A stretch of DNA of 64,000 nucleotides, taken from contig OZ024740.1 in assembly GCA_964016885.1 (NCBI GenBank), forward strand, positions 239,630,001-239,694,000. The letters are read 5' to 3'. The translations under genes were made by a program, and so were the position numbers. Positions 1-14,500 of this stretch are shown piece by piece. The notes below the pieces were generated by a model. It worked only from the letters and a program-made list of their open reading frames with translations, searched no databases and was not told the origin of the DNA. The stretch's first letter is position 1. Each line of letters begins with the position of its first letter. The stretch comes from Eledone cirrhosa (Eukaryota).

Positions 1-54
1 GCAGCTGGAACGGATGGAATAGTTTCAATTGGATGGAATGTTTTGAAAACGAAA

Positions 55-148
55 AACATATCTGAGGAGCTTGCGAATGCAGAGTCGAGTTCGATCTGTA
101 ACAGATCCTGCTCTGAGCTGACCGTCGGAGAAACATATGTAATATGTT
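55..148 (+). ncRNA. Type I hammerhead ribozyme, long stem II, predicted GUA cleavage after 141
   Basis: AACATAT-CTGAGGA-(~60 nt structured stem II containing GATCTG/CAGATC)-GAAA-CATATG-TA-ATATGTT; 7-bp stem I, palindromic stem III; followed by AATAAA and (TA)n. Confidence 0.75.
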
Positions 149-233
149 AATAAATTGTGTTTTGATGCATCACTGATTACTAGTTATCTATAATATATAT
201 TATATATATATATTATATATATATTATATAATA

Positions 234-305
<72 letters not shown>

Positions 306-309
<4 letters not shown>

Positions 310-500
310 AACGAGTAGGACCCCGACGGCTGAGCTGAAGCCGATTCGACGGCTAATTCTGGACTCAGAATTAGCCGTCGAAACGGCGCTTGAGCTCAGC
401 CGTCGGGGTCCTACTCGTTCCTATTACCCACTCTACTACCCTAAGTATTGAGTACTTTGGTGCGTTAATGTCCACCTGGTTCCTTACCACATTTCCTCCG

Positions 501-502
<2 letters not shown>
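306..502 (+). mobile_element. Short fold-back repeat unit in (TA)n (probable PLE terminal-repeat derivative), copy 1
   Basis: ~55-bp inverted arms 306-360/367-423 plus a unique tail with GTATTGAGTAC; related copies at 766-940, 4657-4850, 27568-27709. Confidence 0.7.
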
Positions 503-539
<37 letters not shown>

Positions 540-600
540 ATTAAAAAAATAATGAATAAAACAATGAAACAGTTCCTTATATTAAACAAAAAAAGTTCAT

Positions 601-743
601 TATTTAACGATCGTTTCTAGGACATATATGTGTTAGAATTGGCATGTATATTTAACAGATCTATGTACAAAATTATACAAAATTATACAAACTATCAAAT
701 CTAATATACACACCAACACATACATATGCCGTCTTCAGAAATA
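601..743 (-). ncRNA. Type I hammerhead ribozyme, ~110-nt stem II region
   Basis: Minus strand: TATTT-CTGAAGA-CGGCATATGTATGTGTT...AACACATATATGTCCTA-GAAA-CGATCG-TT-AAATA. Confidence 0.65.
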
Positions 744-765
744 TATATATATATTTATATATATA

Positions 766-940
766 TAATAGGAAAAGAGTCAGGACCCCGACGGCTGAGC
801 CCCGGCCGTTTCGACAGCTAGATCCGGAGCTCACCCGTTAGGATCCTGACTCTTTTCCTATTACCCACTCTACTGCCCTAAGTATTGAGTACTCTGGTGC
901 GTTATAGTCCACCTGGTATCTTACCACACCCTCATTGTTA
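766..940 (+). mobile_element. Fold-back repeat unit in (TA)n, copy 2
   Basis: TAGGAAAAGAGTCAGGA...TCCTGACTCTTTTCCTA arms, same tail as 306-502. Confidence 0.7.
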
Positions 941-962
941 TATGTATATGTATATGTACATG

Positions 963-1004
<42 letters not shown>

Positions 1005-1009
<5 letters not shown>

Positions 1010-1183
1010 TAAAATAACAGATTAAAGTTTAAGCAAAGAATCGCTGCTTTCACCCTTAACGGGATCTTCTGAAACTAACCCTTTATTTTAATAAATATTT
1101 GCTCTTCGGTTCCTATATATTTGATATATATTTTGCTTATCGAGCCCTCTTTGGATTTTAGTCTTCAATTTTATTATTATTAC
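1005..1183. mobile_element. PLE-tail family carrying a CAGAAGA-core HHR (internally inverted copy)
   Basis: Near-identical segments at 20335-20580 and 30982-31108, all between (TA)n. Confidence 0.6.
1026..1076 (-). ncRNA. Variant hammerhead (core CAGAAGA, U4A)
   Basis: AGTTT-CAGAAGA-T-CCC-GTTAA-GGG-T-GAAA-GCAG-CGATTCT-TTGC-TT-AAACT; identical copy at 20446-20496. Confidence 0.55.
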
Positions 1184-1827
1184 TATATATATATATATAT
1201 ATCATAAAATATGTCTTTAGAGTCACTAGATATAGTATATACCATTTCCTCTCCCAATTAGCATAATTAACCATACAAAATATCAATTAGACCAAGTTAT
1301 AAGAATAAAGGCTCTTATGAAGAAATCTCCTACAAATAACCAAAAGCAGCCCCTTCGCGGTGGCTACGATAGATATTTAGCTAACATTTCGACAGCATGT
1401 AAAAATCGACCAGATATACAGTCAACTAAACACAATTAGGTGTAAAATAGAACTTAGAAGAATTGCGTACATACCTAATTACTTTTACCATGGTTTCATC
1501 CGTATTTTAAGACATCTGTTAACATAGAATGTCCAGAGCTTCGGAATCATCAGGAGCGAGCTCAAAATTAGACATTTAATTTTCCAAAGTGATCACGCCA
1601 AAAATACATTAAAAAATGGCTAAGAATCGTGACGCGGCAGCGGTCAAGTTAGAAAGGATGTGATTAGTTGCTTACGGTGGGTAGGCATATTGTTAGAAAG
1701 CGCAGCCTAATACCGCCAAATTGTATCTCAACCTAACGGGAGATTATTACATATAATGGTTTACATATATATATAAAAAGTCATAGATATATATGTGTTT
1801 TGCAACCGGTCACGTTGTGGCTCAATG

Positions 1828-1892
<65 letters not shown>

Positions 1893-1895
<3 letters not shown>

Positions 1896-2215
1896 AAAAA
1901 AGAAGAAATCAAGTCTTTTTTTTTTTAATATATATTTATTTGGTTCTTCTACCGGTTTCGCAGTTCTTCTGCTTTTCAAAAGTAGAATTGAAAAGGAGGG
2001 TTTGTGATTTTTCTTACAGATGTGAGAAAAACCTCAACCCCCCCCCCCCATCTCAATTCTACTTTTGAAAAGCAGAAGAACTGCGAAACCGGTAAAAGAA
2101 CCAAATAAATATATATTTAAAAAAGAAAAAGACTCCAACTTCATTTTCGATTTCATCCTTTTTCATTATACTTTTACTCGTGCAGGACCTCTCGGTATTT
2201 TTTTCATTTATTAAA
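1893..2215. mobile_element. Fold-back PLE-tail unit with U3-A8 hammerhead in both arms
   Basis: Inverted arms ~1910-1990 / 2054-2133; deleted relative at 17345-17500. Confidence 0.6.
2057..2100 (+). ncRNA. Minimal hammerhead, U3-A8 core variant
   Basis: TTGAAAA-GCAG-AAGAA-CTGC-GAAA-CCGG-TA; bulged stem I; inverted copy at ~1944-1988. Confidence 0.55.
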
Positions 2216-2244
2216 AAACGTCACTTTCTAATAATAATAATAAT

Positions 2245-2312
<68 letters not shown>

Positions 2313-2498
2313 ACAGGGAGAAAAAGACGATTATTAGGAAGAAAAATATATTTTTTTCCCTTTTTATTTATTTCTCTCTTTTTTCTGGGTTAGAAAATGA
2401 TTAAAGCGAAATATTTTACTTTGTAAAGTGTTAAGGTATTAGTTGATTTATTTATTAATTAACAATCGCATTTATTTATTTATATATTTAATAATTGT

Positions 2499-2537
2499 CC
2501 ATTACCGGTTTCAGCATTTTTATGCGTTGACAAATGA
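2499..2537 (-). ncRNA. Degenerate U3-A8 hammerhead-like motif
   Basis: TCAT-TTGTCAA-C-GCAT-AAAA-ATGC-T-GAAA-CCGG-TA-ATGG; A6 is substituted. Confidence 0.4.
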
Positions 2538-2802
2538 TAATAATATGTATTGGTGTAAATGGTGGTCCTGGACATGTTAAAGAAATGGCGCAGAAAGAAT
2601 AATGTTATTTACAAACAAGGTTTATGAAGTGAAAAGAAAAAAGAAAAAAAGGTGCGTAATGTGGAGCATAATAAGGCAATGTGAAAGAAAAAATAATGTT
2701 ATTTACAGGCATAGTTCTTGAAGATAAGCAGATCAAAATGTTTTAATATAGCAAGAGTGCTTAGTTGATCCATGATGGAGGCAAATAGTGGACTGGGGTT
2801 TG

Positions 2803-2958
<156 letters not shown>

Positions 2959-3052
2959 GGATAGAACACTGGAAGGTAATATCCGTAGTGGTAGAGCACT
3001 CAGTCCATGGGACGAGTTAGGTAGAAGTGGTAATACAACAGTTATTTCACTA

Positions 3053-3095
3053 TACCGAGAACAATTGTTTCACCTTGGCGGATCCTCAGCTCGTA
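3053..3095 (-). ncRNA. Minimal hammerhead (inverted-arm copy)
   Basis: CGAG-CTGAGGA-TCCGCCAAGGT-GAAA-CAATTG-TT-CTCG. Confidence 0.7.
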
Positions 3096-3943
3096 ATGGT
3101 CATGGTTATACGGAGTAGGAATGGCAACCATATGAACGCGCATGCGCAGAAACGGTCATTTCACGCAAGCAATGCAAAACTGCGGGCGAACGGTGTAAGG
3201 GAGAAAACTGCGAAAGTCCGAAAAGTAGTTCTAGTTGATAAGAAAATTAGGATGTTGTTATTCAATCCGGAGCTTTGTAGTTATGTGAGAGGTGTTACTA
3301 GACATGTGGTCAACGTGTAAAGATTTCATTTCTTGAGTTTAGGCAATCGCTATTGCGTAATCTCCTTAAAATATTTATCCGTTTATCAATCACAATCCTT
3401 GACAATGTAGTTTAGTTTTTCGAAGTCTGAAGCTTGTCCCTGTCAACAGCAATGCAACACACCCGCTGTATTTTATGAAGCTATGGTCACTTCCAACCGA
3501 CGAAATCAACCACAGGAGGTCAAATCCTATGTGGGTATGGCGGAGGGTCGATTTAAGGAACGCTTCCTGAACCAGCAGTCGACCTTTAAGTACTCGGACA
3601 AACGATCATCCACGAAACTCACGAGCCACGTATGGTTCTCCAAGGGCTCAAGTACAGACTACTCCATTCAATGGAAAGCCATCACTAAGTCGAAGCCATA
3701 CGCAAGGGTCAATCCGTCTTGTGGATTATGTATTGAGGAACGGATAAATATTCTAAGGAGATTTCGCAATAGCGATTGCCTAAACTCAAGAAATGAAATC
3801 TCCACACGTTGTCCACATGTCTAGAAACACCTCTTACAAAGCTCCAGATTGAATAACAAAGCTCCGGATTGAATAATAACAACATACTAATTTTCTTATC
3901 AACTAGAACTACTTTTCGGACTATTCCGTATAACCAAGGACAT

Positions 3944-3986
3944 TACGAGCTGAGGATTCGGGACGGTGAAACAATTGTCCTCGGTA
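3944..3986 (+). ncRNA. Minimal hammerhead, GUC site
   Basis: CGAG-CTGAGGA-TTCGGGACGGT-GAAA-CAATTG-TC-CTCG, ~120 bp downstream of the GIY-YIG stop. Confidence 0.75.
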
Positions 3987-4025
3987 TGGTGAACTAACTG
4001 TTGTGTTACCACTTATATATATACA

Positions 4026-4180
<155 letters not shown>

Positions 4181-4214
4181 AAAGTTTATATACATAAAAA
4201 CTCGACAGAGTCAC

Positions 4215-4274
<60 letters not shown>

Positions 4275-4329
4275 AGGATCGGATATATCCAAAAAGTGAA
4301 TGAAACCTCGGTGGTAGAGGTAGATTTTT

Positions 4330-4620
4330 ATGATTTTGGTATGTTTATGTACATTTTTTCTTCTAACTTTGATTTTGTACCTAATTATGTATGGTTAACT
4401 GTATGTCTAGTCAGTTTCTGCAGACTATCGGAAATACTAGGTACATTTTCTGTGGCTGTGAATCGCGGATAAAGAGCTATCATTTATTTATCTATTATTT
4501 CTTCATAAGTATATTTTGAACTTATAGCCTCGTTTAGGTGATTTTTTGTGTGGTTGATTGTGCTGACTGGGAGAAGAAATACTGTATATATATATTTTAT
4601 CTAATAATTCTATGGACTTA

Positions 4621-4626
<6 letters not shown>
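4330..4626. repeat. Dispersed repeat, also present as a palindrome at 45090-45615
   Basis: Shared TCTGTGGCTGTG..ATCGCGGATAAA...TTCTATGGACTTACTTT; flanked by (TA)n. Confidence 0.7.
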
Positions 4627-4998
<372 letters not shown>

Positions 4999-5279
4999 TA
5001 TATACATATATATATATATACATATATATATACATAGATATATATATATATACATATATATATATACATATATATATATATGTATGTATATAAATACATA
5101 TATATATATACGTATATATGTATGCATGTATATATGTATGTATGTATTTGTGTATGTCTGTGTGTGTATATGTATGTGTGTCTGTGAGTGTATTAATTTC
5201 TGCCACGAATGTTATATTTCAACAAATCATATTATTTGATTTAGTAAATCCCTTAATTATAGCGGCTAGTGTGTACGAT

Positions 5280-5950
5280 GTCAATTGACGATTACTTTAC
5301 CTTATGACATTCCATTATTGGACTCAACCCACTATTACTGTGCTAACAGTAATGGTGTAATCTATGCCCTGCAGAAACCTTACTGATTGCATATGCAGAG
5401 ATCTCATAAATATCTTTTTACTGGATCATGCAAATCTTGTCGCCTTTAACAGCACTGAGATACAACCATTACACATGACAAGAAAATATTATGGCGCGCT
5501 ACAAACACCGTTAAACACAAATAGGAAGCAACAACAACCCTCAACGTTGCTAAAAATGACAAGCCCCGATATTAGTGAGGATCGCTTCTGGCAAAGTCGT
5601 TTCTTTAACATAGCAAATATTTCATTACAAATACTAGCTTTCTTTCTTACGTCCAGAATCTATGAACTACTGCTCTCATACTTGTGACAGTACTTTTATT
5701 ATACATACAAGTATCATAGAGTGCATCCAAAGAAATCCACCAGACTGATTAATATAAACTTGCTCACAAACACACAAAAACTTCTGTTTCACAGACAGGC
5801 TATTAACTCCCATTTTGTTTTCTATCATACTGGTCTAGTGCCATAACAACTCATGTACACCCACTCTTCCTAGTTCATTTGTCACCTACCCTGCGTCTCT
5901 GGGCATTGCACTAGCCAATATGATTAGTCCTTCAAATCTAGATTGTCGTC
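5280..5950 (+). pseudogene. Highly decayed APE-type LINE (CR1/Jockey-like) RT C-terminal remnant
   Basis: ANLVAFNSTEIQ, ISEDRFW, IANISLQILAFF resemble post-YADD LINE motifs. Confidence 0.45.
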
Positions 5951-8878
5951 GCGCCTCTGGGATTCCATCTTTATACATTATTTTCGTACAGCCGTCATAT
6001 TGCAGCTGTTTTTTTTCCGATTTCGGAGAGTTTTTGAGGGCCACGACCAACATTCAAGATTATTCTAATAGAAAAATCTGAATTTAACGGTATATCTGTG
6101 CTTTAAATAGTTATTTGACTCTTCTACAATATAATTGTGTTTTCATAAATGTATTTTGAACTATCACAATTTTAAATCAAAACAAATATATGGTGGCTTC
6201 CTTGGTATATGTACATTTAAAAACATGTACCTATATATGTATATAGTGTAGTTGGATTTAGTAATAAATATCTAAACTAGAGTACTCAATTCGAGAAACT
6301 AGTTGTTTTATATCATTTTTTATTACATCAACAGTACATTTTCCGAACACAAGTGTTTCTCTGGGAGGAATTAATATAACCTCTCAGCACTTCAGTTTAG
6401 TCATTTTAAAATGTTATATTGATTTTGTTCTTCTTTTATAAAAGAGTTCCAAAGAAAGAGGCAACAATTACTAGTGGTTAGGTGTGTCGAAAGAGTGAAA
6501 AGGGGAAGCAATCCCTTTTTTGATATGACAGATGGATGGAGCTAACTTATTTCCTATCAAGCTGTTGAGAATATTAAGAAGCTACAATGAGGCATAGATC
6601 TGTAGGAGAGAGGGGCAGGGTAGATTATTGGATGATAATTAGAGAGCTTCGCCATATTGGAGGGTTTATAGAAGCTAAATTGTTCGTAGGGTGTGTCAAA
6701 GGGTATGGATTGTGTTCTGTGTGTAAGAGATTCTTAGTCTGTTTTTTTTTTCCAGTTTTTAAGTATATATTTGCACATGTGTGTGTAGTAGTCGAAGAAA
6801 TCTGCTCTCGTGTTAAGTAATTATTTTTTTAGTTTCATCTTTCGTCTGTGCATATATTACACGACTTCGTTTTATTTGCCTAGGGATTAGAACTTTTAGA
6901 ATCCCCCATTTAAGAGAGAAATCTCTTCCCCTTTCCTTGAGGACCACACGCGCGCGCGCGCCCGTGTGTGTGTGCATATTTAATACTACATTTTGCGTGT
7001 ATCTGTTTGTGATATATATGGTTTATTTTGTCTGAACGTTTTTTATATATGTGAAGGTTATTTTCTGGGTTTCGTGGTGCAGTTTTGATAAGGTCATATT
7101 TATGAGGTGACCATAACGAATCAACAGAGATTGCAAAACCTAATGTTTGTTGCATAATGAAGTTTTTGCTGTGTGCTCACATTTAGAATATGGTGCCGTG
7201 AAAGACTGTTTCTACGATTGTGTCCTAATGCTGTTAAACGGGACAAGTTTTTCACGTTCTCATTAAATGATATTTTAAGGGTCTATCTTCGTGAAGCGTC
7301 GCATGTTTAGCAATGGTGTCTAAACAGCTGGCTGGTGACTTCTATTTGAGTAAAGATGAGGAGAGATGAAGGGTTTTCATATACGTGTGAGTGCTGTTTC
7401 AAGAAACAAGTAGATTAATATATAGAAACAAGAATAAATATATAAAAGTAAGAATTTGGCGGATATAACCAAATCCTAAGATAAACTAGAGTTAATAGAA
7501 TGTAGATAAAAGAATTTCCCGTCAACACAGTTTAAACAGAGCGCTTCGACTGTAAATTAATGATCTAATATATGAGAGGTAGAGGAAAGAGGCTTTCATA
7601 CCAAGTATGAACAGCAAGCCTCGAGTATATGTGGCTTTATGTAAACGTATTAATGGTTGCCACTAGGAAGATAAGGATAGTTTACGTTGGGAATGAAGCT
7701 GATATGTTAGTAATTGGCAGGTTTTCTTTCTTGGATACAGGACACGCTATCAAGTGTTTCTATATATTGTGGAAAATCCCGTATATATTTAAAGCATAAT
7801 AACTTGTTGGTGGTGGAATCCAAAGTATCTGTGTTGCGGAATGGACACTACACAGTCAGAAACATGTTAGCTGAGAATTGGAAAATAGATTATATGGATT
7901 CTGAAAAGTTAGTAAGTATTATTTTTGCAAAGGAGCAAAGGGCTTGGTTGCAACTTGGGAGAGGAGAGAGAAGAGTTCTCTAGCTGTATCTGTCACATAG
8001 GTATATATTGCTTACCTGAAGGTCATCTTGTTAATACAAGTTTGCTGTTTAGCACCAGATTTTAACTCTCATTAAGATTTATGATGAAAAGCAATGCATC
8101 CATGCACCCCACATCATATATTTAGGACGACATTATCAAACGCATCTGTTTTTTTTTTTATTTACGGTGGTAAGGTATGAGAATTTGATTTCCTATTATT
8201 AAGAGGTCAAGCAACTAGGTAACAGATCATCATGCAAACAATTCGATGGTAGGTGAATACAACGTCACTGGCGTGGCAGAAGTGGAGATAGTGATTGCAC
8301 ATAACAGTCTTTGCATATGTATATTTATCTGTATTTATGTGTACGTACTTTCGTAAATACGAATCATACATATATGTATGAATAAACCGATGAGAGAGAT
8401 TTTAGCTGAACATATGCAAATGTATACACTCATATTTACTCTTCAACGCACCACAAAGCACACATATGCATACATCATATATCGAACACACAAATACACA
8501 CACACACACATACACACACACATGCATATATATATATATTTATTTATATATGTACACATATGCATATATATAAATATAAATATAAATAAATATATATATA
8601 TATATATGTATATGTATGTATGTTAGCGTTTCTGTATGTGCACATACACGATATTTTCGATATAATTATATATATAAATACAATCATCTACGTTGATACG
8701 AATATTTCCCATCCATCATTTTATTTACGTAAATACTAAATGTATATGAAACAATATCTCTGCCAATAATCTGATTTCAGAAAGAGAGAGAGAGGGAGAG
8801 AGAGAGAGAGAGAGAGAGAGAAACTCACACACATGCATAAACCCTCAAACATTGAACCACACACATATATATACATAC

Positions 8879-8999
<121 letters not shown>

Positions 9000-9243
9000 C
9001 TCTGTGTGTGTATGCATGTATGCGTGTGTGTACGTGTGTGTGTCAGTAATCTTTCGGCTTAACGTATTTATTATAACAATATTACTTACACGACTCTTTT
9101 TATGGATGCCAGACTAAATAACATTGATATTTCAATTTGTCAGCTTCCATATAACACCCATTTTTATCTTTCCACAGAATCTTTCCGATTAATGGTATTT
9201 TTCACGAAATTTCGTTCATGTAATTATTATTATTATTATTATT

Positions 9244-10400
9244 GTTCTTTGAGTCTCAGTCATTGGCGTTATTTAACTGGAAAGTTTGTTGAAATGAATA
9301 TCAAGCCACTACCCGCAGCCTCAGATATTCAGGACGTATCGGAGGGTTCTTGCTGTTCCTAGCAAGCATGCCTTTTGAAGTGTTCCAAAAAGCGGAGCTT
9401 GACTAATTTTCTTTAACCATCCTTGGAAACTCTTTGAGATAGTACCTAGTGCGCCTATGACAATCGGGACCACTTTGACTTCATAGCAGAACCAAATCCT
9501 TTTTACCTCCCACTTTAAGTCCTGGTATCGGTTAATTTTCTCCCTCTCCTTCTCTTGCACTCTCGTGTCGAATGGGCAGGCTACATCCACAATCAGGCAC
9601 GATCTTTTTCCCCTGTCCAAAACCACCAGGTCAGGTCTATTGTGTTCTAGTTTCTTGTCCGTCTGTATCCTAAAATCCCACAGCACCTTCACCTGATCGT
9701 TTTCTATCACCGACTCTGGCTTATGCTCATACCACTTCTCAGAATGTGGTAAATTGTTTACTTTGCATAGGTGCCAGTGGATCACCCTGCCCATCACATC
9801 ATGTCTCCAGCCTTTATAGTAAGTCTGGGCTAGGTGTTTACACTCGGATACAATGTGAGCCACAGTCTCCTCTCTCTCTCCACAGATCCTACACAGTGGG
9901 CTAGCCTCCTCCTTGTAAATATGGTGTTTCACCCACTTCGTTTTGAGGGCCTGCTCTTGCGCAGCCATTAGCATTCCTTCTGTAGCCTTTTTAAGGTCTC
10001 CTCTTTTCAACCAGTTCCATGTCTGTGGATTGCTAAATTCAGTTTTCTCAAAGAAGGTACTATGAAGGGATTTTTCATGAAGGTTGATCTTCCTCCTTGT
10101 TATTTGCTCCTTGGACATCACCTGGTCTATTGTCCTCTCCTTCAGTACAATTCTGAGCATTGGCTCCCTACTGTCAGTCACGTATTTCTCACTCTTCCCG
10201 AAGAGCTTAAGATCATCCATGAAGTGGAGGTGATTGATGGTAAGGTCTCCTTTTCCCAACTTGTATCCTGCTCTCACCTTTCGCAGTATAATGGTCAGGG
10301 GTATCAGGGCAAGGACAAACAACAGAGGGGACAAACTATCTCCCTGGAAGATCCCTCTTTTGATCTTCACGCCTCCAAAGGATTCTCCACCCGATGTTAA
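9244..10400 (-). mobile_element. R4/Dong-like RLE non-LTR retrotransposon, 5'-truncated with internal deletion
   Basis: [51 protein letters not shown]; bounded by (TAA)n. Confidence 0.9.
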
Positions 10401-10419
10401 TTATTATTATTATTATTAT

Positions 10420-11530
10420 AGTTGCATTTATCTTGCTTTATGTTCATACGAGTTATCACCAAGTCACAACCAGTGACATCAAGAGACAACAAGGTCCGCC
10501 ATGTTCAAGAAAGAACATACATACACACACATGCATCTTTAGGTGTTTAGACTTGTGATGTACTTATATTGACAGAATCTTCCTTAGTATATGGGCAGTT
10601 CCCATTAGTACTATCTTTTGTATTTCTCCTATACGCGGATTTGCTGGGATTTGCGATAAGTAATCATTAGACCCCTTAGGTATCATTCCTAGAGCGCCTA
10701 CAACCACTGATATTGTTTTAGTTCTCAATTTCCACATTTTTCCAATTTCTATCTCCAGGTCCTTATACTTGCTCAATTTTTCAAATGTTTTTAATAGATA
10801 CATTCTTGTCTATTGGAACGGACATATCAATTAGCAGGCATACCCTCTTTTTAAAGTCCTTCAGTATTATATCAGGTCTATTTGCATATATTTGTCGTTC
10901 TGTTTGGATGCTAAAGTTCCACAAGATTGAGATGTGATCTTTTTCAAGTATGGGAGGTGGCTGATGCTCCCACCAATTATTTTGATGGGGCAGGTCAAAA
11001 TGCTTACACATTATCCAATGTAAGTATTGTGCAGCTCTGTCATGCCTGTTTAGGTATTTGGTTTGAGCTATAGGACTGCACATCGAAATTATAAAATCAA
11101 TGGTCTCTGGTTGTTTTTTACATACACGGCATAATGGGCTGCATCCATTTTTTATTATGTTGGCTTGGTAATTTTTTGTTGGCAGACACTGATCTTGCGC
11201 TGATATAACCAGTCCTTCAGTCTCTGATTTCAGTCCAGAGGATGCCAACCACAGATGGGTTAACGTTTTGTCAACATCAGGATTGTTAGCTCTTTCTGGG
11301 TATTTTCCATACAGAGGCTTTTCTTGCCATTTCTTAGCCAGTTTCTGTAGCAGTTCTTTCTTTGTAGTTACTTTTACCTGCTTTGCTTTTTCTGTGTTTT
11401 CCATTTCAGCAGTAAATGGGACTTCTGAAATTTGTAGTCCATTACTATATCTTTGTGCATCTTTTGTAATGGAGTATGATCTTTTGATGCTTTCGTGTTT
11501 CAAAACGAGTTTGATCATCCAATCATGTGA
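10420..11530 (-). mobile_element. Second-family R4/Dong-like RLE element, 3' fragment with frameshift
   Basis: LKSETEG...AQDQ, CRVC...ETI...C, RHD, RPDI, EKLSKYKDL; ORFs 10781-11518 and 10564-10803; bounded by (TAA)n. Confidence 0.88.
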
Positions 11531-11569
11531 TTATTATTATTATTATTATTATTATTATCATTATTATTA

Positions 11570-14500
11570 CTCTTTGAGTCTCAGTCATTGATGTTAGTTA
11601 ACTGGAAAGTTTGTTGAAATGAATATCAAGCCACTACCTGCAGCCTCAGATATTCAGGGCGTATCGGAGGGTTCTTGCTGTTTCCAGCAAGCAAGCCTTT
11701 TGAAGCGTTCCAAAAAGCGTGAAGGGGCCAATTTTCTTTAACCATCCCTGGAAACCTTTTGAGATAGTCCCTAGTGCGCCTATGACAATCGGGATCACTT
11801 TGACTTCACGGCAGTTCCAAATCCTTTTTACCTCCCACTTTAAGTCCTGGTATCGGTTAATTTTCTCCCTCTCCTTCACTTGCACTCTAGTATCGAATGG
11901 GCAGGCCACATCCACAATCAGGCACGATCTTTTTTCTTTGTCCACAACCACCAGGTCAGGTCTATTGTGTTCCAGTTTCTTGTCCGTCTGTAACCTAACA
12001 TCCCACAGCACCTTCACCTGATCGTTTTCTATCACTGACTCTGGCTTATGCTCATACCATTTCTCAGAATGTGGTAAATTGTTTACTTTGCATAGGTGCC
12101 AGTGTATCACCCTGCCCATCACATCATGTCTCCAGCCATTATAGTGAGTCTGGGCTAGGTGTTTACACTCGGATACAATGTGAGCCACAGTCTCCTCTCT
12201 CTCTCTACAGATCCTGCACAGTGGGCTAGCCTCCTCCTTGTAAATATGGTGTTTCAACCACTTCGTTTTGAGGGCCTGCTCCTGCGCAGCTATTAACATT
12301 CCTTCTGTAGCCTTTTTAAGGTCTCCTCTTTTCAACCAGTTCCATGTCTGTGGATCTCTAAATTCAGTTTTCTCAAAGAAGGTACTATGAAGGGATTTTT
12401 CCTGAAGGCTGCTCTTTCTCCTTGATGTTATTTCATCCTTGGACATCACCTGGCCTATTGTCCCCTCCCTCAGTACAGTTCTGAGCATTGGCTCCTTACT
12501 ATCAGTCAGTATTTGTGTAGGTTGTTTTTCTCCATCTGAACACAGTCCTCTATGCTGATAAGACCTCTTCCACCTTCAGATCTCCTCAAGTAGAGTCTAT
12601 CGACATCACTCCTCTTGTGGAACATGTTGTAGATAGTCAATAGCTTCCTAATCTTCCTATCCATTTCTTTTTGTTCAGCAACATTCCATCTCAGAATTCC
12701 CGCACTGTACCTAATAATAGACACAGCTCGGGAATTTACTGCACTTATGGCATTCCTACTGTTCAGATGTGACTTTAATACGCTCCTTACTCTCCGAATG
12801 TATTCAGTTCTTATTCCTTCATTTTTTTGTTCTTGATGTCATCAGTCTCCAGAACACCCAAATACTTGTATCCTTCTTCAGAGTCAATTTCCTTTATCAT
12901 CTCACCTGTTGGTACCTGGATTCCGTTACTTCTGCTCAACTTACCCCTCTTCATCACAATGACTCCACACTTACTAATACCAAATTGCATACATATATCA
13001 TTGCTGAAAATACGGACAGTGTCAACAAGCACATCCAACTCCTTCTCCCCCTTCCCGAAGAGCTTAAGATCGTCCATGAAGAGGAGGTGATTGATGGTAA
13101 GCCCTCCCTTTCCCAATCTGTATCCTGCTCTCACTTCTTGCAGTACACTGGTCAGGGGAATCAGGGCAAGGACAAACAACAGAGGGGACAGACTATCTCC
13201 CTGGAAGATACCCCTCTTGATCTTCACGCTTCCCAAGGATTCTCCAGTTGATGTTAACTCTGTTTCACAGGACTTCATACTTTTGCCCAACAACTGTCTG
13301 ATGTTATCTGCCACCTTGAAGATCTCCAGGCCTTTGGTGATCCAAGAATGAGGCACCATGTCAAATGCCTCTTTGTAGTCTATCCATCCCATGGCAAGAC
13401 CAGTGTGTCTCCTCTTGCAATTCCTCATTACCATCTTATCAATAAGTAACTGGTCCTTTGTACCACATGACTTCTTTCGGCATCCTTTCTATTCGTCGGG
13501 TAACAAGTTGTTTGCGTGGAGGTGATGGTAGATTTCCCCAGACATAATGCTTCTCAACAATTTCCACATTCCGGACAGACATGTGATAGGTCTATAGTTG
13601 GTAAGATCATTACCCTTGATTCGGTCTTTCATTATCAGAACTGTGGTACCTTTTGTCAACCACTCTGGTACCTCACCTGACATCAAGCAGTCATTGAACA
13701 TGGTTGTCAGTTTCAGGTGGAGGGATGTTATATTTTTAATCCAATACCCCTGCACACCATCTGGGCCTGGTGATTTCCAGTTGGTTAGTTTTTTGGTCTG
13801 CCCCTTAAGAGTTTCAACTGTGATACTCAAATCAGTTTGTTGGTGTGCCTGTTCACTGATCTCCTTCTGTACTGTCTCAATCCACACTGCCTGGTCATTA
13901 TGTCTAACATCCTGCTCCCATATTCCTCTCCAGAATGTTTTAGTTTGTTCCGCCTCAAGGATCAAGTCGTTGCCTCTTTCTTTCCCTTCAAGCTGTCCAA
14001 ACAGCATCTTCTGGTTGTTGTCGAACATGCGGTTCTGTTTATACTGACTGACTCTGTTCTCGTATCGCCTGATTTTTGCACTCTTTGCTACAATGCGTTG
14101 CTTCAGTTCCTCTATGATAATATTTAGCTTTTTCCTCCTAGTTTTGTACTTTATTTCCAGTCTATTTTTAGTGTCTATGTTTTTTAGTGTCCCATTCAGT
14201 AGGGACTCAAGCTTTCCAATGTCATTTCACATTTCCCTGATTTGACCACTCAGTCGTTTCTTCCACCAAGGCTCTGCTCTTTCTTGTCTGTTGTTTCCTC
14301 TCGCTTTTATACCAAGTAGTTTCCTCACCGTATTTGCTGTTACTTTGAGGATATTGTTGCACTGGTGAAGGCTCCTCGCCTCAAGGTATGGGATGGCTTT
14401 GTTTACCTTAGCTGTTGTTTCTTTTAACTTTCTCCTGTCTACAAATCTTAGGTTCATAGGTCTCCCACTATCATTGTTCAATTCATCTACCACTAAATTT

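Noticed and set aside
306-502. MITE/TIR DNA transposon interpretation of the fold-back units
   Set aside because: Inverted arms are not terminal on both sides; there is a one-sided tail and the turn points vary between copies
6500-8300. Unique-looking region with short ORFs (6587, 6910, 7714)
   Set aside because: No recognisable motifs or splice pattern; at most very old LINE debris
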